This document shows, piece after piece, positions 1-14,879 of a DNA stretch of 64,000 bases; position 1 is the stretch's first letter, and the number at the start of each line of letters is the position of its first letter. The notes beneath the pieces were generated by a model. It did no database searches, was not told the DNA's origin, and saw nothing but the letters and a program-made list of their open reading frames with translations. Position numbers and translations under genes: made by a program. Source of the DNA: Octopus vulgaris. Taxonomy: Eukaryota. The DNA lies in NCBI GenBank assembly GCA_951406725.2, contig OX597820.1, positions 81,468,001 through 81,532,000 on the forward strand, given 5' to 3'.

Positions 1-420
1 TAGCTCAAAAGCGGTGGACCCACGTCTCATCTCTTGTGACTATTCTCTCCAAAAGAGCTTCGCCTTCCTCGTTGTAGAGGTCGAGGAAGCGTTGACAGAT
101 CTCTATGCAATCGCGCTTATGCGCATTGGTAAGCTCTCTTGGCACCAATGTCACACAGACTTTACGGTGCGAAGCTTTCTGCGGATGATTTCGTTTACAT
201 TACCGTGACCAATTTGCAGAGAACATGCCACCTCATCGATGGTCACTCGTCAGTTGACCAGAACTCTCTCTCTCTCGACCTTGTTGAATTTTCATGTCAG
301 TAGTGGAGGTTGATGAGCGTCCTGCTCCCTCTTCGTCCCTAAAACTTTCAGTCCTTGAAACTTTCAGACCAGAAAAATCGAATCACAGATCCCCATTCTT
401 CCGTGGTACACATAGCCAAC
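1..420 (-). mobile_element. Decayed mariner transposase fragment
   Basis: Reverse strand translates, with frameshifts, to ..RKVC.(W)VPRELT...ICQRFLDLYNEEGEA..ERIVTRDETWVH, matching the mariner WVPREL and IVTGDETW motifs. Confidence 0.8.
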
Positions 421-429
421 AGTCATGTT

Positions 430-687
430 AACTCTTTACTCTCTTTTACTCTTTTACTTGTTTCAGTCATTTGACTGCGGCCATGCTGGAGCACCGCTTT
501 TAGTCGAGCAAATCGACCCCAGGATTTATTCTTTGTAAGCCTAGTACTTATTCTATCGGTCCCTATTTGCCGAACCGCTAAGTTACGGGGACGTAAACAC
601 ACCAGCATCAGTTGTCAAGCGATGTTTGGGGGGGGAGAACAAAAACAGACACACAAACATACACGCACGAACACACACACATATATG

Positions 688-758
<71 letters not shown>

Positions 759-910
759 CGGGTTTCTTTCAGTTTCCGTCTACCAAATCCACTAACAAGG
801 CTTTGGTCGACCCGAGGCTATAGTAAAAGACACTTGCCTAAAGTGCAACGCAGTGGGACTGAATCCGGAACCATGTGGTTCATAAGCAAGCTACTTACCA
901 CGCAGCCTAT
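430..910 (-). mobile_element. tRNA-derived SINE family A, full copy with internal (TA)n/(CA)n tract
   Basis: Same sequence recurs more than 10 times in the window; the family head has A-box-like TGGCTGTGTGG and B-box-like GGTTCAGTCC; tail ...GTCAAATGACTGAAACAAGTAAAAGAGTAAAAGA. Confidence 0.85.
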
Positions 911-1099
911 AACAAAAGAAAGAAAACTGAAGTGATCAAAGTCAAACCTTGGTTATGTAACCACGAGAGTACCATCTTTTATCACGTGACCGCGCGGCCA
1001 ACCCAAAAAGTCTGGGTGGAAGTACGGACAACTTTTGACTTCCCATTGTGTTTAATATACAGCGTCCTGTGAAATATCCTTACGCAATGCCGAGTACGA

Positions 1100-1635
1100 G
1101 CACAAGGTTTTGGTAGATCTGAAGGTATAGTAGAAGACGCTTGTTCAAGGTGTGACACAGTGGCACTGGACTCGGAGCATGCGGTTGGGAAGCAAGTTTC
1201 TTACCACACAGCCGCGCCTGCGTCTTGTACATATATACTCTGTTACTCTTTACCCTTTTACTTGTTTCAGTCATTTGACTGCGGCCATGCTGGAGCACCG
1301 CCTTTAGTCGAGCAAATCGACTCCAGGACTTATTCTTTGTAAGCCTAGTACTTATTCTATCGGACTCTTTTTGCCGAACCGCTAAATTACGGGGACGTAA
1401 ACACACCAGCATCGGTTGTCAAGCGATGGTGGTGGTGGTGGTGATGGTGGTGGTGGGACAAACACAGACATACACATACATACAACAGTTTCCGTCTATC
1501 AAATCCACTCACAAGGCTTTGGTCGGCCCGAGGCTATAGTAGAAGACACTTGTCCAAGGTGCCACGCAGTCGGACTGAACCCGGAAGCGTGTGGTTGATA
1601 AGTTAGATACTTACCACACAGCCACTCCTGCGCCT
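1100..1635 (-). mobile_element. SINE family A: head-only fragment (~1100-1222) plus near-full copy (~1243-1635)
   Basis: Direct similarity to 430-910; ORF 1080..1412 repeats the peptide of ORF 423..608. Confidence 0.8.
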
Positions 1636-2276
1636 TTACAAAGAAACACATTCACAGAATTATTGTAGACGGTAGGGTGCGTTTGAGGGGGAGTTGGCTG
1701 CTATTTCTAATATATCGTGCAGTCACGTAGAAATTTCCTCACTGAGGTCGTTTTTTTCATTGCCCATATGATTCTTTAGAAATATCCATTGACACATTTT
1801 AATGTAAAGCATATTTGGATGTATGTTTGTATGAATGCAACTGTGTATGTGGTGGTGGTGGTGGGGGTAGAATGTTACGGAAGTATATATTTTTGAAATT
1901 ACGTATGCTGATGTTTGTGATTAAGTACCTGTGTATTTGCACGTCGCTTTCTATATGTGCATGTTCGTACATGTGTACGTATTTATCTCTACATGTCACC
2001 TGGTCTTTCGTTCATTATAGAATCAAATGAAAAATATCCTCTCGTTACTATGTTTACTAATCTCAGGTTGATTATTTCCTTGGTAAACTAATGCCCACAC
2101 ATACTATGTGTGTTTGTATGCATGCATGACTGGGTGTGCCTGTGTCAGTTGGTATGTATGTGCGTGTATGTGTGTGATGTGTTTGTGTGTATGTATGCAG
2201 TCAGGGCTAAAGTGGGACGAAATATCAACAATAGCAGATGCTGCTGCTGCTCTTGTTAGTGGTTGCCGTAGTGTTG

Positions 2277-2277
2277 G

Positions 2278-2358
<81 letters not shown>

Positions 2359-2410
2359 CTTCTTCTTCTTCTTCTTCTTCTTCTTCTTCTTCTTTTCCTC
2401 TTCTTCTTCA
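2277..2410. repeat. Compound (CTA)n(CTT)n microsatellite; one of dozens of TA, CA, TATC, TATG, TACC, TAA, CAA, GAT and CCA tracts across the window
   Basis: Seen directly. Confidence 0.95.
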
Positions 2411-2563
2411 GCATATTTAGTTATAAACAACTATGTTCTCTTACTTTGTTTTGTATAAGTTTTCTCTGAGGCCGAAAAACATAAATCTACATCATAACGC
2501 CGTTGATAGCAATGTGTGTTTGTTTGTTTTTTGTTTGTGTGTGTGCGTGTGTGTGTGTGTGTG

Positions 2564-2625
<62 letters not shown>

Positions 2626-3249
2626 TGTGTAGGCGCACACACGCGTTAGCTTGATTCGGAATGAATCGTTGTAAGTAATTTCATTGGGTGAAAAACATCA
2701 ACATAAAACCGGTCTAGCTTCCAGTTTTTGATTGGTGCAGGCGCCGTACAATAGCCAGGAAAAACAGATGGAACCAATACACGCACACACATATATATCA
2801 CTTGGCTTTAAATTTAGCGATTCAAGAGAGAAAAATTTCGTACATTGCACTTATTAAACTAACTTAAAAATTCGTGAATTCCCTCTTGATGTGGGAGTGA
2901 ATTACAATTTTTTTCAGAAAAATATTATTTTAATATATGTATGGTTATGTGCATGAATTTGTATCTATCCAAAGTTTTTCTTTTAAACTTAATTTTACAC
3001 GCTAATATGCATAGCATCATTTGCTTAGAGTTTCACAGTTCAAAGGAAAAAAAAACGGATTATTTCACGTTCTCTCGAAGTTTCTAAGCTCTTACGATGT
3101 CAATATACATATGTGTATGTATGTATATATATATATATATATACACACACACATGTGCGTGCGTGCGCACATACGGTTTTGCGTATATTTTCTATTATGT
3201 GTGTGTGTGTTTGTATGTGTGTATGTGTAATTACAACAACAATATCAAC

Positions 3250-4840
3250 AACAACGACTGCTACACAATGACGATCTCACAAAGGTAACCTTAGAACTAC
3301 ATTGAGATCCCAAGCAAGCTCCCTTAATAGGCACTGCTTGAAAATCAGCTACTACGATGACACCATTACAAAGCAAACCTTCCACAGCTCAGGGTTGTAC
3401 AGAGCTGGTGACTTAGTAATCTTATACCATAGGAAAGGTCATAACATGGATAGATTTAGAAAAGATATTTAATAAACATATTTTAGGATTTTGGCTTAAA
3501 CAACCATTAACATTAACCCAATGCAAGCCAACTTCCTAAAGTAACGTTAGATGTAAACTCATCCACAATAACGATACAATAAACATCCACAAAAACTGAA
3601 ATCTCCCCTTCCACGATTAAGAGCCTGATAGGTACAAGTAAAGTTGATTCCAATCTATCCTCATAGAAGATCTTTAACAAGATCACTATTCATCATAACG
3701 TTGCACTACCTAATCCTTAGAATGATAGTACTTTTATATAGAAAACACTCCACTCATTCTCAGTAAAAGAAGAACAAGGAAGGGGTAATTTGGTTTAATT
3801 CACTGCAAAACATGGAACTACCAAGTCGCATGTTTGAGACTTCAAACGTAAAATGAGTCTTATAACAAAAATGAAACTTCTAAAAGGTAAAACGATAGAA
3901 CGAGCGGATACGATAAAAATTTAACAAACTAGCATGAGAGGTCATGATAAAAAAAACCTATGAATATAGGAAGAAATTTCTTGGCTACAGTTAGGCAACA
4001 TTTCTTACCAACATGGTTTCTGTTTACCAAAAGGATTTTGTCTTCTCAAAACAGTTGTATATCGAACATCCATAATACATCTGGGCAGCATTAAAAGGAG
4101 TTATAAAGCATTTATTGTAAAAGTTTCCGAAGTTCAATACCATAATTAATAACTAATTTAAATCTAAGAACAGAAAATATACTACTTCATTATACCAAAA
4201 TTATCTGAAGACTCGAGGACCTCAACAGGAAGTCTGAAATAAATTTTAACATTCGTCATTGGAGGACGTTTCTTCTGCAAAATTTCCTGGCTTCTAGATC
4301 CCAAAAGATTAAATAAAATAAATTCATATTTTTTCTTTTGCCCTTATTTATAATTGTTTATAATTTTCACCTTAAAAGATATTTTAATATGATGACCACT
4401 GATAATTATTTTTTCTAAAAAATTTTATTCTTATATTAGAATTAAATTTATTACCATTCACTTCGGGACTGGTAACCACTTTACTTGAGTTTCCTGACCG
4501 TCTACACGTGTGCTGAGGCTTGCTACAGAATTTCTGTTTAGATATATTTGGGGTACTTAAATGTACACACGACTTTTCCGTGGGTATATGTAAGTATTCC
4601 ATTTATTCTTATCGTGTTTCTCGCTGATGAAGGAAGAATCCTTTTGGATTAATCCAGAAATCCAGTCCGATTCTGGAATGACGAATTAAAAAAATTTCTG
4701 TTATCTTGCTTTCCTCGTTTCAACACGTGCATTTATAGTGTAAACTATTTAATGTGGTTAGACGATCTAAAGTCTACTTTTCAGCATATTAGCATGGATT
4801 TTTTTTCTTTTGCTCTTATTTATAATTGTTTATATATTTT
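3250..4840 (+). mobile_element. Old degraded Penelope-like element (RT C-terminus, GIY-YIG remnant, pseudo-LTR)
   Basis: Frameshifted peptides GLYRAGDL (YRDD-like), NPMQANFL.VTLD, IWFN and CLLKTVVYR; ~33-bp direct repeat TTTTCTTTTGCYCTTATTTATAATTGTTTATA at ~4330 and ~4803; CTGATGA...GAAA motif at 4624-4660. Confidence 0.6.
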
Positions 4841-4844
4841 CATT

Positions 4845-6445
<1,601 letters not shown>

Positions 6446-6682
6446 TCAGAGAAGGAAATACTTTATATTTCTGTTTTCTCGTGTCTATTTTCGCCGTTTA
6501 CTTACTGTCACATCATAACTAATATGTTTTTTTTCCTAATTATCAATGAAATAAATAGACTGGAACATCTGTGTTGTTTTAATGAGTGACCAGTGAACGA
6601 ATGTAGCGAACCTTAGCTATTATTGATCAACAGTCTGTGAGTGTCTATGGTAGTATTGAGTATGTGTATCTATGTGTGTGTG

Positions 6683-6729
<47 letters not shown>

Positions 6730-6731
6730 CA

Positions 6732-6790
<59 letters not shown>

Positions 6791-6879
6791 TGTATGTATG
6801 TATGTATGTATGTATGTGTGTGTTTATGTATGCCTGTGGTATATGCGAAGGTATGTCTATGTATGCATGTGTGTGTGTG

Positions 6880-6948
<69 letters not shown>

Positions 6949-7087
6949 GTGGAATATTATATATGCCAAAGGCCTGAGCACCTAGCCAGCGGGTGGCGTC
7001 TTTTGAATTTTTAAAACAAAGTAAGGGATCACACTATGATCAGTGGTGTATACTAACATCCTATTATCTGATCAATATAGTTATTAC

Positions 7088-7187
<100 letters not shown>

Positions 7188-7802
7188 ATCTTTTTCCCTT
7201 TTTTCTTCTTTTTTCATTTCTCTTTTCTTTTGTTCCTTTTCCTTTTCTTTTTTTTTATTTTTCTTTTTTCTTTTTTATTTTATTTATTTTTTTTTTTTTG
7301 TTTTTTTCTTCCCTTTTACGATCCCTCTTGATCGAAAACCTACGCCACCCCTTTTTTTTTGTTTCTTTTGTTTTTTGTTTTTTTCATCCCCCAAAAGAGA
7401 AGCTCTACCTGGTAACTTGTCTCATCTGTGTGCAGCCCTGTGTGGCCAATAAAGAAACTTATCTATGTGTGTGTGTGTGTGTGTGTATGTGTGTATGTGT
7501 GTGTGTGCGTGCGTGCGTACGTGCGTATGCCCGCGCAAGCGTGTGTATCTGGTACATATATGTATAGGATCATAAATAATGAATTTATCTGAGGCTTATT
7601 ATACAAATATGTAGAATGAGTTCTTTTTCATTGTCTTAAATAATTTAATTACTGGCAGGTTTTGCTAAGCACACAACCATATCTGTACGTATTAAGTTCC
7701 CGAAGGAACTTTAAATAGGATATTTTAAATACTATAGTGTTTTAGTGTATGTTCTCTATGCATTATCTATCTACATATACATTATCAATGTGTATATATT
7801 TA

Positions 7803-7967
7803 GGCGCAGGCGTGGCTGTGTGGAAAGAAGCTTACTACACAACCCCATGCTTCCAGGTTCAGTCCCACTGCGTGGGTATGTTTGGCAAGTGTCTTCTACT
7901 ATAGCCTCGGGTCCACCAAAGCTTTGCGAGTGGATTTCGTGGACGGAAACTGAAAGAAGCTCGTCCT

Positions 7968-8032
<65 letters not shown>

Positions 8033-8036
8033 TGTG

Positions 8037-8068
<32 letters not shown>

Positions 8069-8293
8069 TTTATGTGTATGAATGTCTTAGTGTTTGTCCC
8101 CAACCACCGCTTGACAACCGATGTTGATAAATTAACACCCCACCAACTTAGCGGTTCGGCCTAAGACCCGATAGAATAAGCACTAGGCTTACAAAGAATA
8201 TGTTTTGGGATCGATGTTTTCGACTAAAATCCTTACGGCGCTACTCCGGCATAGCCGCAGTCAAATGACTGAAACAAGTGGATGAATAATAGA
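7803..8293 (+). mobile_element. SINE family A, full copy
   Basis: Head GGCGCAGGCGTGGCTGTGTGG...GGTTCAGTCCC, internal CA/TA tract, tail GTCAAATGACTGAAACAAG. Confidence 0.85.
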
Positions 8294-8531
8294 ATATATG
8301 TGCACAAGAGAGAGAGAGGGGGGGAGGGAGAGGGAGAAAGAGAGTGAGGTTGAAAAGCGAAAGAGTGCGAAATTACAGAAAAGCTTAAGGAGTGTCTGAG
8401 TACTGTCATTTCGGTATCATACACTCCTAATCTACTAACAACTATTAGTGGAGTAGAAGTACTGCAATCATTAGAACTATTAGCATTTCAAATTTTAATA
8501 TCTTAACACAAGAATCATTTATATTTTAAGC

Positions 8532-8800
8532 TAGTAGTTCCCAATCTTTTTCATGCTGCCGTCCCTTTGGCACCCAGGCCACATTCCTAGCGCCCCCTCA
8601 CCTTCCATACCACAAATATAGATTATTTTCTAAAGCAAATTCAAAACAACTGTATTTCACAAATAAAACTTAAACCTAATTTACCTATTAATATTTTTTT
8701 TACATTTTTCCACCCTATCATCCTCCCACTTTTCTTCAATGCTCCCTGGATCTTTCCACCGCCCCCAAAGGGGCAGTACTGACCACTTTGGGAACCGCTG
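8532..8800. mobile_element. hAT-superfamily MITE
   Basis: Ends TAGTAGTTCCCAA.. and ..TTGGGAACCGCTG (CAGTGGTTCCCAA-type TIR), flanked by a perfect 8-bp TSD TTTTAAGC at 8524-8531 and 8801-8808. Confidence 0.85.
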
Positions 8801-8953
8801 TTTTAAGCAAATAGGACATCCAACCTTTAATTTTTTCATGCATAATTCTGGGATGATCTTAAAGTTAAATACAAATTTTGGAAAATATTACTTGAGAAAT
8901 GGTGACTTCATTTCAAAACAATCTTCAACGCTTATACATTCATGCATACGTAC

Positions 8954-9057
<104 letters not shown>

Positions 9058-9215
9058 CATGCATGTATAAAGATATGTGTGTATGTGTGCGTATGCATGC
9101 GCGTGTATCTTTAATCTTTAGCCCGTTTCAGTCGTTAGTCTGCAAAAATGCTGAGGCACCGCCTTGAAGAATTTTTAGTCGAATATATTGACTCCAGTCT
9201 TGATTTTTAAACCCT

Positions 9216-9296
<81 letters not shown>

Positions 9297-9334
9297 GTAT
9301 AGATGTATGTAAGTAAGTATGTACATATATATAA

Positions 9335-9390
<56 letters not shown>

Positions 9391-9414
9391 GTATATGTAT
9401 TTGTATATAACAGA

Positions 9415-9695
9415 TGAGGACAAGGTGAGGCTGTGTGGTAAAAAGCTTGCTTCCCAACCACATGGTTCCAGATTCTGTCAGACTGCGAGACACCTGGAGC
9501 AAATGTCTTCTATTATAGCTTTAGGCCAACCAAAGCCTTGTGAGTAGATTTAGCAGACGGAAAGTGGAAGAAGCACTTGGTATATATGTATATATATGTA
9601 TCTATGTGTATATGCCTTTGTTTCTGTGTTTGTCCTCACCATCTCCACCACCGCTTGACAACCAGTGCTGGGATGTTTATGTCCCGTGACTTTGC
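9415..9695 (+). mobile_element. SINE family A, 5' part
   Basis: GGCTGTGTGGTAAAAAGCTTGCTTCCCAACCACATGGTTCC head and downstream module. Confidence 0.75.
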
Positions 9696-10389
9696 AGCTT
9701 TATATATATTTATATATATATTTATATATATGCATATGTGGGCACAGAACGTCATGAAACGTGTACAACAACCAAAATATACGAAGTACGAGTACATGGA
9801 ATATGAACTATTTTTTCGAACAACGAAAGACACAAAGGGAAAACAAGGCAAACAACATAAAGAACGACCCTTTATCAGTTATTGGCTGTTTTTCTACTCA
9901 CGTATTTCGGGCATTTAGCAATATACGCTTTCGAAAAAACAGTTGCCCTCGCAAAGCAAATTAAATAGAATTTGTGATTTTGCAGAGGGTCAAAATTGGT
10001 AACACAAACAGGACAGTGAAAACAAACAGTAAGGGTTGCTAAGCCTAACCGAGGTTGTGGTGGCGAACGCTTAAATCAAGCTTGGACAAGAGACAGACAA
10101 GAACACGTCTTCCTTGTTCCAGCTACAACGGAGAAAAAAAAAGGTGTGTGTGTGTGTATTTGGTTTTTGTATTTTAGTCAACGACTATTCTAAAGGTTGC
10201 AAGATGCAACGAAAATTTTAGAAAATATAAATAAGTGAATGAGTAGAAATCGAACCGGTGTGTAAAGTAATAAGGCACTAAAAGAGAACGACTCGCCCCA
10301 GACACAATAACACACACACACACACACATGTATGTATGTTTATATATATATATATATATATATACACGCGCAAACACAAACACACACAT

Positions 10390-10445
<56 letters not shown>

Positions 10446-10963
10446 GCGCACACACAAATATATATATATATAGATAAATGGATAGACCCACACACACTCA
10501 TACACACATATATCACTTTCATGTTTGGTTTGCAAGATTCTTGATTATGAACTCGTGTGTGAAACAGGTTTTGTTGCATATCGGGCGGATCATTATATCA
10601 ATTAACCAATTTTATCCCATAAACCTATGACTTGTTTGATTAATTATTCGGTCAATCCATCAATCGCTAATGTTTGTCAAATTCCTTTTGTCGCCAATCA
10701 CGACCTCTTTAGATCATTGTTTCTACTCCAAATCACTGTCAGGTCTGTCTGTCCCTTAGTTCAGATTCTGAGAGGCTGCGGTAGTGGAGAGATAATGTGT
10801 GTATGTGTGTGTGCACGCGCATACATACATACATACATACATACATACATACATACATACATACATACATACATACATACATACATACATACATACGTAC
10901 ATACGTACCTACATACATACATGCATGCATACATACATACATGTAAATATATATATATACATG

Positions 10964-11009
<46 letters not shown>

Positions 11010-11254
11010 CATACATATGCATATGTATGTGTATATGTGTGTGTATGAGTGTGTGTGTGCGTACATACATACATACATACATATATGGTTCAAATGTACA
11101 GAAAATAAAAGACAAAGACAGTTTAGAGAACAACAAGCAGGTGTATTAGTTTGAATGGAAAAGTCTTTAAAATTTTGCGCCTACGCTCTCCAACAGAAAG
11201 GGATGAGATATTTAAAAATGTAGAGAGAAAAACGTGTGTGTGTGTGTATACATA

Positions 11255-11600
11255 CAGAATGCACTGAATAGACTATCGTCTAAATTGCGTAAAAATGAAA
11301 ATAACGCTGACATCTTATTTTAATAGATATATTTACCAAAAGTACATAGAAGATATCTTGAATTACTAAAGAGTAGATTTCTGTAATAAAATCGCCATTG
11401 GCTTCAACCACGGCCTCCAGACGACTTCAGAATCTCCTGCAACTGTTCTGGACGGTCTCCTTGTTTAAGTTGGTGAATGCTGCCATAATCTTTGCCTTCT
11501 GTTCATCTTGATCTCTCGCTCAATTGCGCCCCACATATAATAATGAAGTGGGTTGCAGTCTGGGGAGTTAAGTGGCCAGTTGTTAGGGGTGATGTGATAC
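11255..11600 (-). mobile_element. Tc1/mariner (maT-like) 3' end fragment
   Basis: Homologous to 47797-47870 plus 48280-48540; reverse strand encodes a WPLNSPDCNPLHYY motif. Confidence 0.7.
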
Positions 11601-11960
11601 TGAACGAAACGCCTATGTTTCCAGAGGTGAATTATTAAAACCCCAAAGAATTCCTATCAACACGTGGCTATGATGCTCCCCTACTACTTCTCCTCGTGAT
11701 CAGATCTGCATATACCGTCAGCCACTAAGGGATAGGCTCAACTGGTTAAACTGAAGCAACTGACAAGCAAATCTGTGACACTGAGCAGACTATTTTCTGT
11801 AGCTAATACATAACATGCATACTTTTATACCAAGACAAAACATGTATACTTCCAATTAGTTAAGATCAAAAGTAATGAGAGCCAATGCTTCAAAAGCCAT
11901 GAGAGACATTGCTTCAAAAGCCATGAGAGCCATACAGCTTCAAATCAGCCATAAGAGAGT
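11600..11960 (-). mobile_element. Partial copy of the ~550-bp (TAA)n-associated element
   Basis: Matches ~31665-31940; ends in short GCTTCAAAAGCCATGAGA duplications. Confidence 0.7.
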
Positions 11961-11989
11961 GGGGTTGACTTTTTGAATTTTTTCTTTAA

Positions 11990-12949
11990 CTAATATCGCA
12001 GGTTCATTTTCTTCGACACCAAGGCTAGAGGAATCATGCAAAGAACAAAAAGCAACGGAGGTAAGCTATCTCCTTGGGAAATCCCTCTCCTGATACACAG
12101 GATGCCCAAGCTTTGTCCGTACGATGTCATCTCAGTTTTCCAACCTATCATACTTCTCTTCAGAAAACATGCTATATTCCTTGCAATTCCAGACATATCC
12201 ACTCAATGATCCACGAATGTGTTTCAACACATTATTGACTTTACTTGTCTCCTGATTTAGTCTCCATAGGCCATCTTTCTTGAAGTCGCACATACATCCT
12301 GTCTCTTCTCCATTTAATAAATTCAAAATCCTGTTTATTATTATCTGGTTTAAATCATCTCTGATCGTTTAAATCAGTGGTTCCCAAAGTGTGTGGTGTT
12401 GAAGAAAAGTGGGGCGATAATGGGGTAGCAATTCAAGTAAAAACAACAAAATAATGGGTTCATTAGGTTAAGTTTTATTTGTAAAATACTGTCGCTTTCA
12501 ATATGCTTCAGAAAGAGGTTTATGTTTGTGATGGTTAGGTGGGGTGGAGACGCTAAGAATGTAGCTTGGGTGTCAAGGAAGCGGCAGCCTGAAAAAGTTT
12601 GAGATCGCTGGTTTAAAGCATCATCTAAATTGTTTAAATCATCTCTCATCGTTTAAATCATCTCTGATCTCGATTTTTTCACGACTCTCTGTCGTATATT
12701 CTTGTAGGCAATCGTTCTTTCTTCTGTTACGCCACTTCCGTTTCTCGTATGCCCAGCATTATCTGATATTCTTCTTTTGATAGCTTCTAACTCCAGTTCT
12801 GATAACTATCCATTCTTTCGTATTGCTCTTGCTTGATCACATAATCTCTTCAGCAATTTAAAACAGATCCATTGTCTTCCTTTCTCTGGGCATTCGTTGT
12901 CCTCTGACTGGCACGCCATTTGCATTTACAGGAATGCTCCGATAGTAAC

Positions 12950-12950
<1 letters not shown>
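11990..12950 (-). mobile_element. R4/Dong-clade non-LTR retrotransposon remnant (N-terminal motif and RT)
   Basis: RLCDQARAIRKNG*LSELELEAIKRRI at ~12860-12770 and RRGISQGDSLPPLLFVLCMIPL at ~12095-12025; abuts (TTA)n at 12951-13007. Confidence 0.75.
12375..12610. mobile_element. hAT MITE inserted in the R4 remnant
   Basis: CAGTGGTTCCCAAA.. / ..TTTGAGATCGCTG ends; 8-bp TSD GTTTAAAT / GTTTAAAG (7 of 8 match). Confidence 0.75.
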
Positions 12951-13006
<56 letters not shown>

Positions 13007-13007
<1 letters not shown>

Positions 13008-13400
13008 GAGTAAGAGAGCAGTGCATGCCATCAAAGTGACACTAGGGTAAAATATACGTAGCCCAGTATACCCATCATGACTACCCGTCTGATAAGGGTA
13101 CACCAGGCACATGTATCACGACCATATGTGCACTACATGGTGATCTCATATCAAGATTAACAGCGCATGACCTTGCAGGTGAGACCCAGTTATAATTTTC
13201 GTCTGGTCGAGTAACCCATCCCACTCAAAAGGGTCCCTGAATAAGGTTTGTTTAAGGATGTTGAACGAAACACCCATGTTTCCAAGGGTGAATTATCCAA
13301 ACCCCAAAGAACTCCTCTCAACACATGGCTATGATGCTCCCCCACTACTTCTACTCGTGATCAGAGATGCACATATTGTAAGCTACCAAGGGACATCCTC
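13007..13400 (-). mobile_element. ~550-bp (TAA)n-associated element, truncated copy
   Basis: GAGAGCAGTGCATGCCATCAAAGTGACAC... immediately after (TTA)n; same sequence at 14880, 31413 and, reversed, 38420-38950. Confidence 0.8.
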
Positions 13401-14624
13401 CACTCTAACATGTTGGTGGTCTGCCTTCTACCACCACTCTTTGTCTGACGTCTTCTGGGAGAATAATTTTCTATGTGATCCCGTACAAGTCTTTAAGGCT
13501 CACTTGTATGACCATCCCGAGGCCATATTCCCATCAATTAACCTGTTTCTTATGTGGTCAAAAGGGGCACTTGAAAGCAAGATGCTCCCAGAAAGAAAAC
13601 AAAGAGTAGAAGCAGAAACAACAGAGTGAAGAACAGAGTACCGAAGTAGTGGAGACAGAAGGAGAGAAAGATAGAGTGGAGGAATCATTCACTGTCGTGA
13701 ATAGGAGGAAAAGGAAAGAGCGGGTGAGCTCTCCACCAGAGAGCCAGAAAAGGATGAAGGAAATTGAGATGGGGGAGAAAAGGAACAGGTTTGAGACACC
13801 AGCAGAATCAACAATGGAAGGTTGGGTGGAAGCAGAAACATCATTGCAACACGATGTGGAAGGCTTAGACATTGGGGTTTATTTTAGTGCACCAAGAGAG
13901 GAACCAAGTGGAAAGACTCGCTCAGACAGCCCAGATCCGTCGCTGAAGCAAATTAATGTTAAAAAGAGAAAAAACAAGTAGCATGTGGTCACATACGCCA
14001 AAAGTACGGCAATCGAGAGGAAGATCACGATGTTTAAATCGATCATAAGAGTAAGGTTGTCACCGGAGAAATATACAGAACAAACCAAGAGAATAATTAT
14101 TGACAAGGAGAGATACGAGAAACTGAAAGAACTGTTCGGAAGTAGTATAGACCCTTTAGGGGTCGAAATTGAATACGACGAATTACCATCGGTCGTGGAG
14201 TATGTGGATTTGAAACCTGTAGTGAACTGTTAAAAAGTGTAAAGTAAGTAAAATTTATTAAAAAAAAAGAGAAAAAATAGATTTACAAAATTTTTTTTAA
14301 ATACGATGCTAAAAGGGAAAAAAGAGAGTGTAAGAAAGATTGTTAATTTGTATAATGTAACTGTTAAATGGTACTGCTTGAGAGTGGGGCTCAATGCAGC
14401 CATTTCATCATCATTAATTTCATTATTTTTATACATCTTTCATTTTTTCATTCGTTTCATGTTTTTGTCCCCACAGTGGTGTTCTGTCTGTCGTTGTGCT
14501 GCCCCCCCCCCCGCATCCTATGTTACGGTCGTAGTGCCAAATAAAGAATTTCAGTTAGCGAGGTGCGCTGTTCGGGCCAGTCACGCAGACTACGAAGATA
14601 CGTCGTCATAATGCAGGACATATC

Positions 14625-14830
14625 AGCCGGCAGGGTTGGCAGAGTCGTCAGCACACCGGGCAAATGCTTAATGGCATTTCGTCTGTCTTCATGTTCTGAG
14701 TTCACATTCCGCCGAGGTCGACTTTGTCTTTAATCCTTTCGGAGTCAATAACATAAGTTGAACACTGGGGTCGATGTAATCGATTCATCCCCTCCCCCAA
14801 CATTGCTGTCCTTGTAGCAAAATTTGAAAC
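14625..14830 (+). mobile_element. SINE family B; other copies at ~27095-27270 (-), 41510-41702 (-), 46997-47172 (-), 53090-53270 (-), 54985-55205 (+)
   Basis: Six dispersed copies of GGCGAGCTGGCAGAA...GAGTTCAAATTCCGCCGAGGTCGACTTTGCCTTTCATCCTTTCGGGGTCGATA; B-box-like GAGTTCAAATTC. Confidence 0.8.
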
Positions 14831-14879
<49 letters not shown>

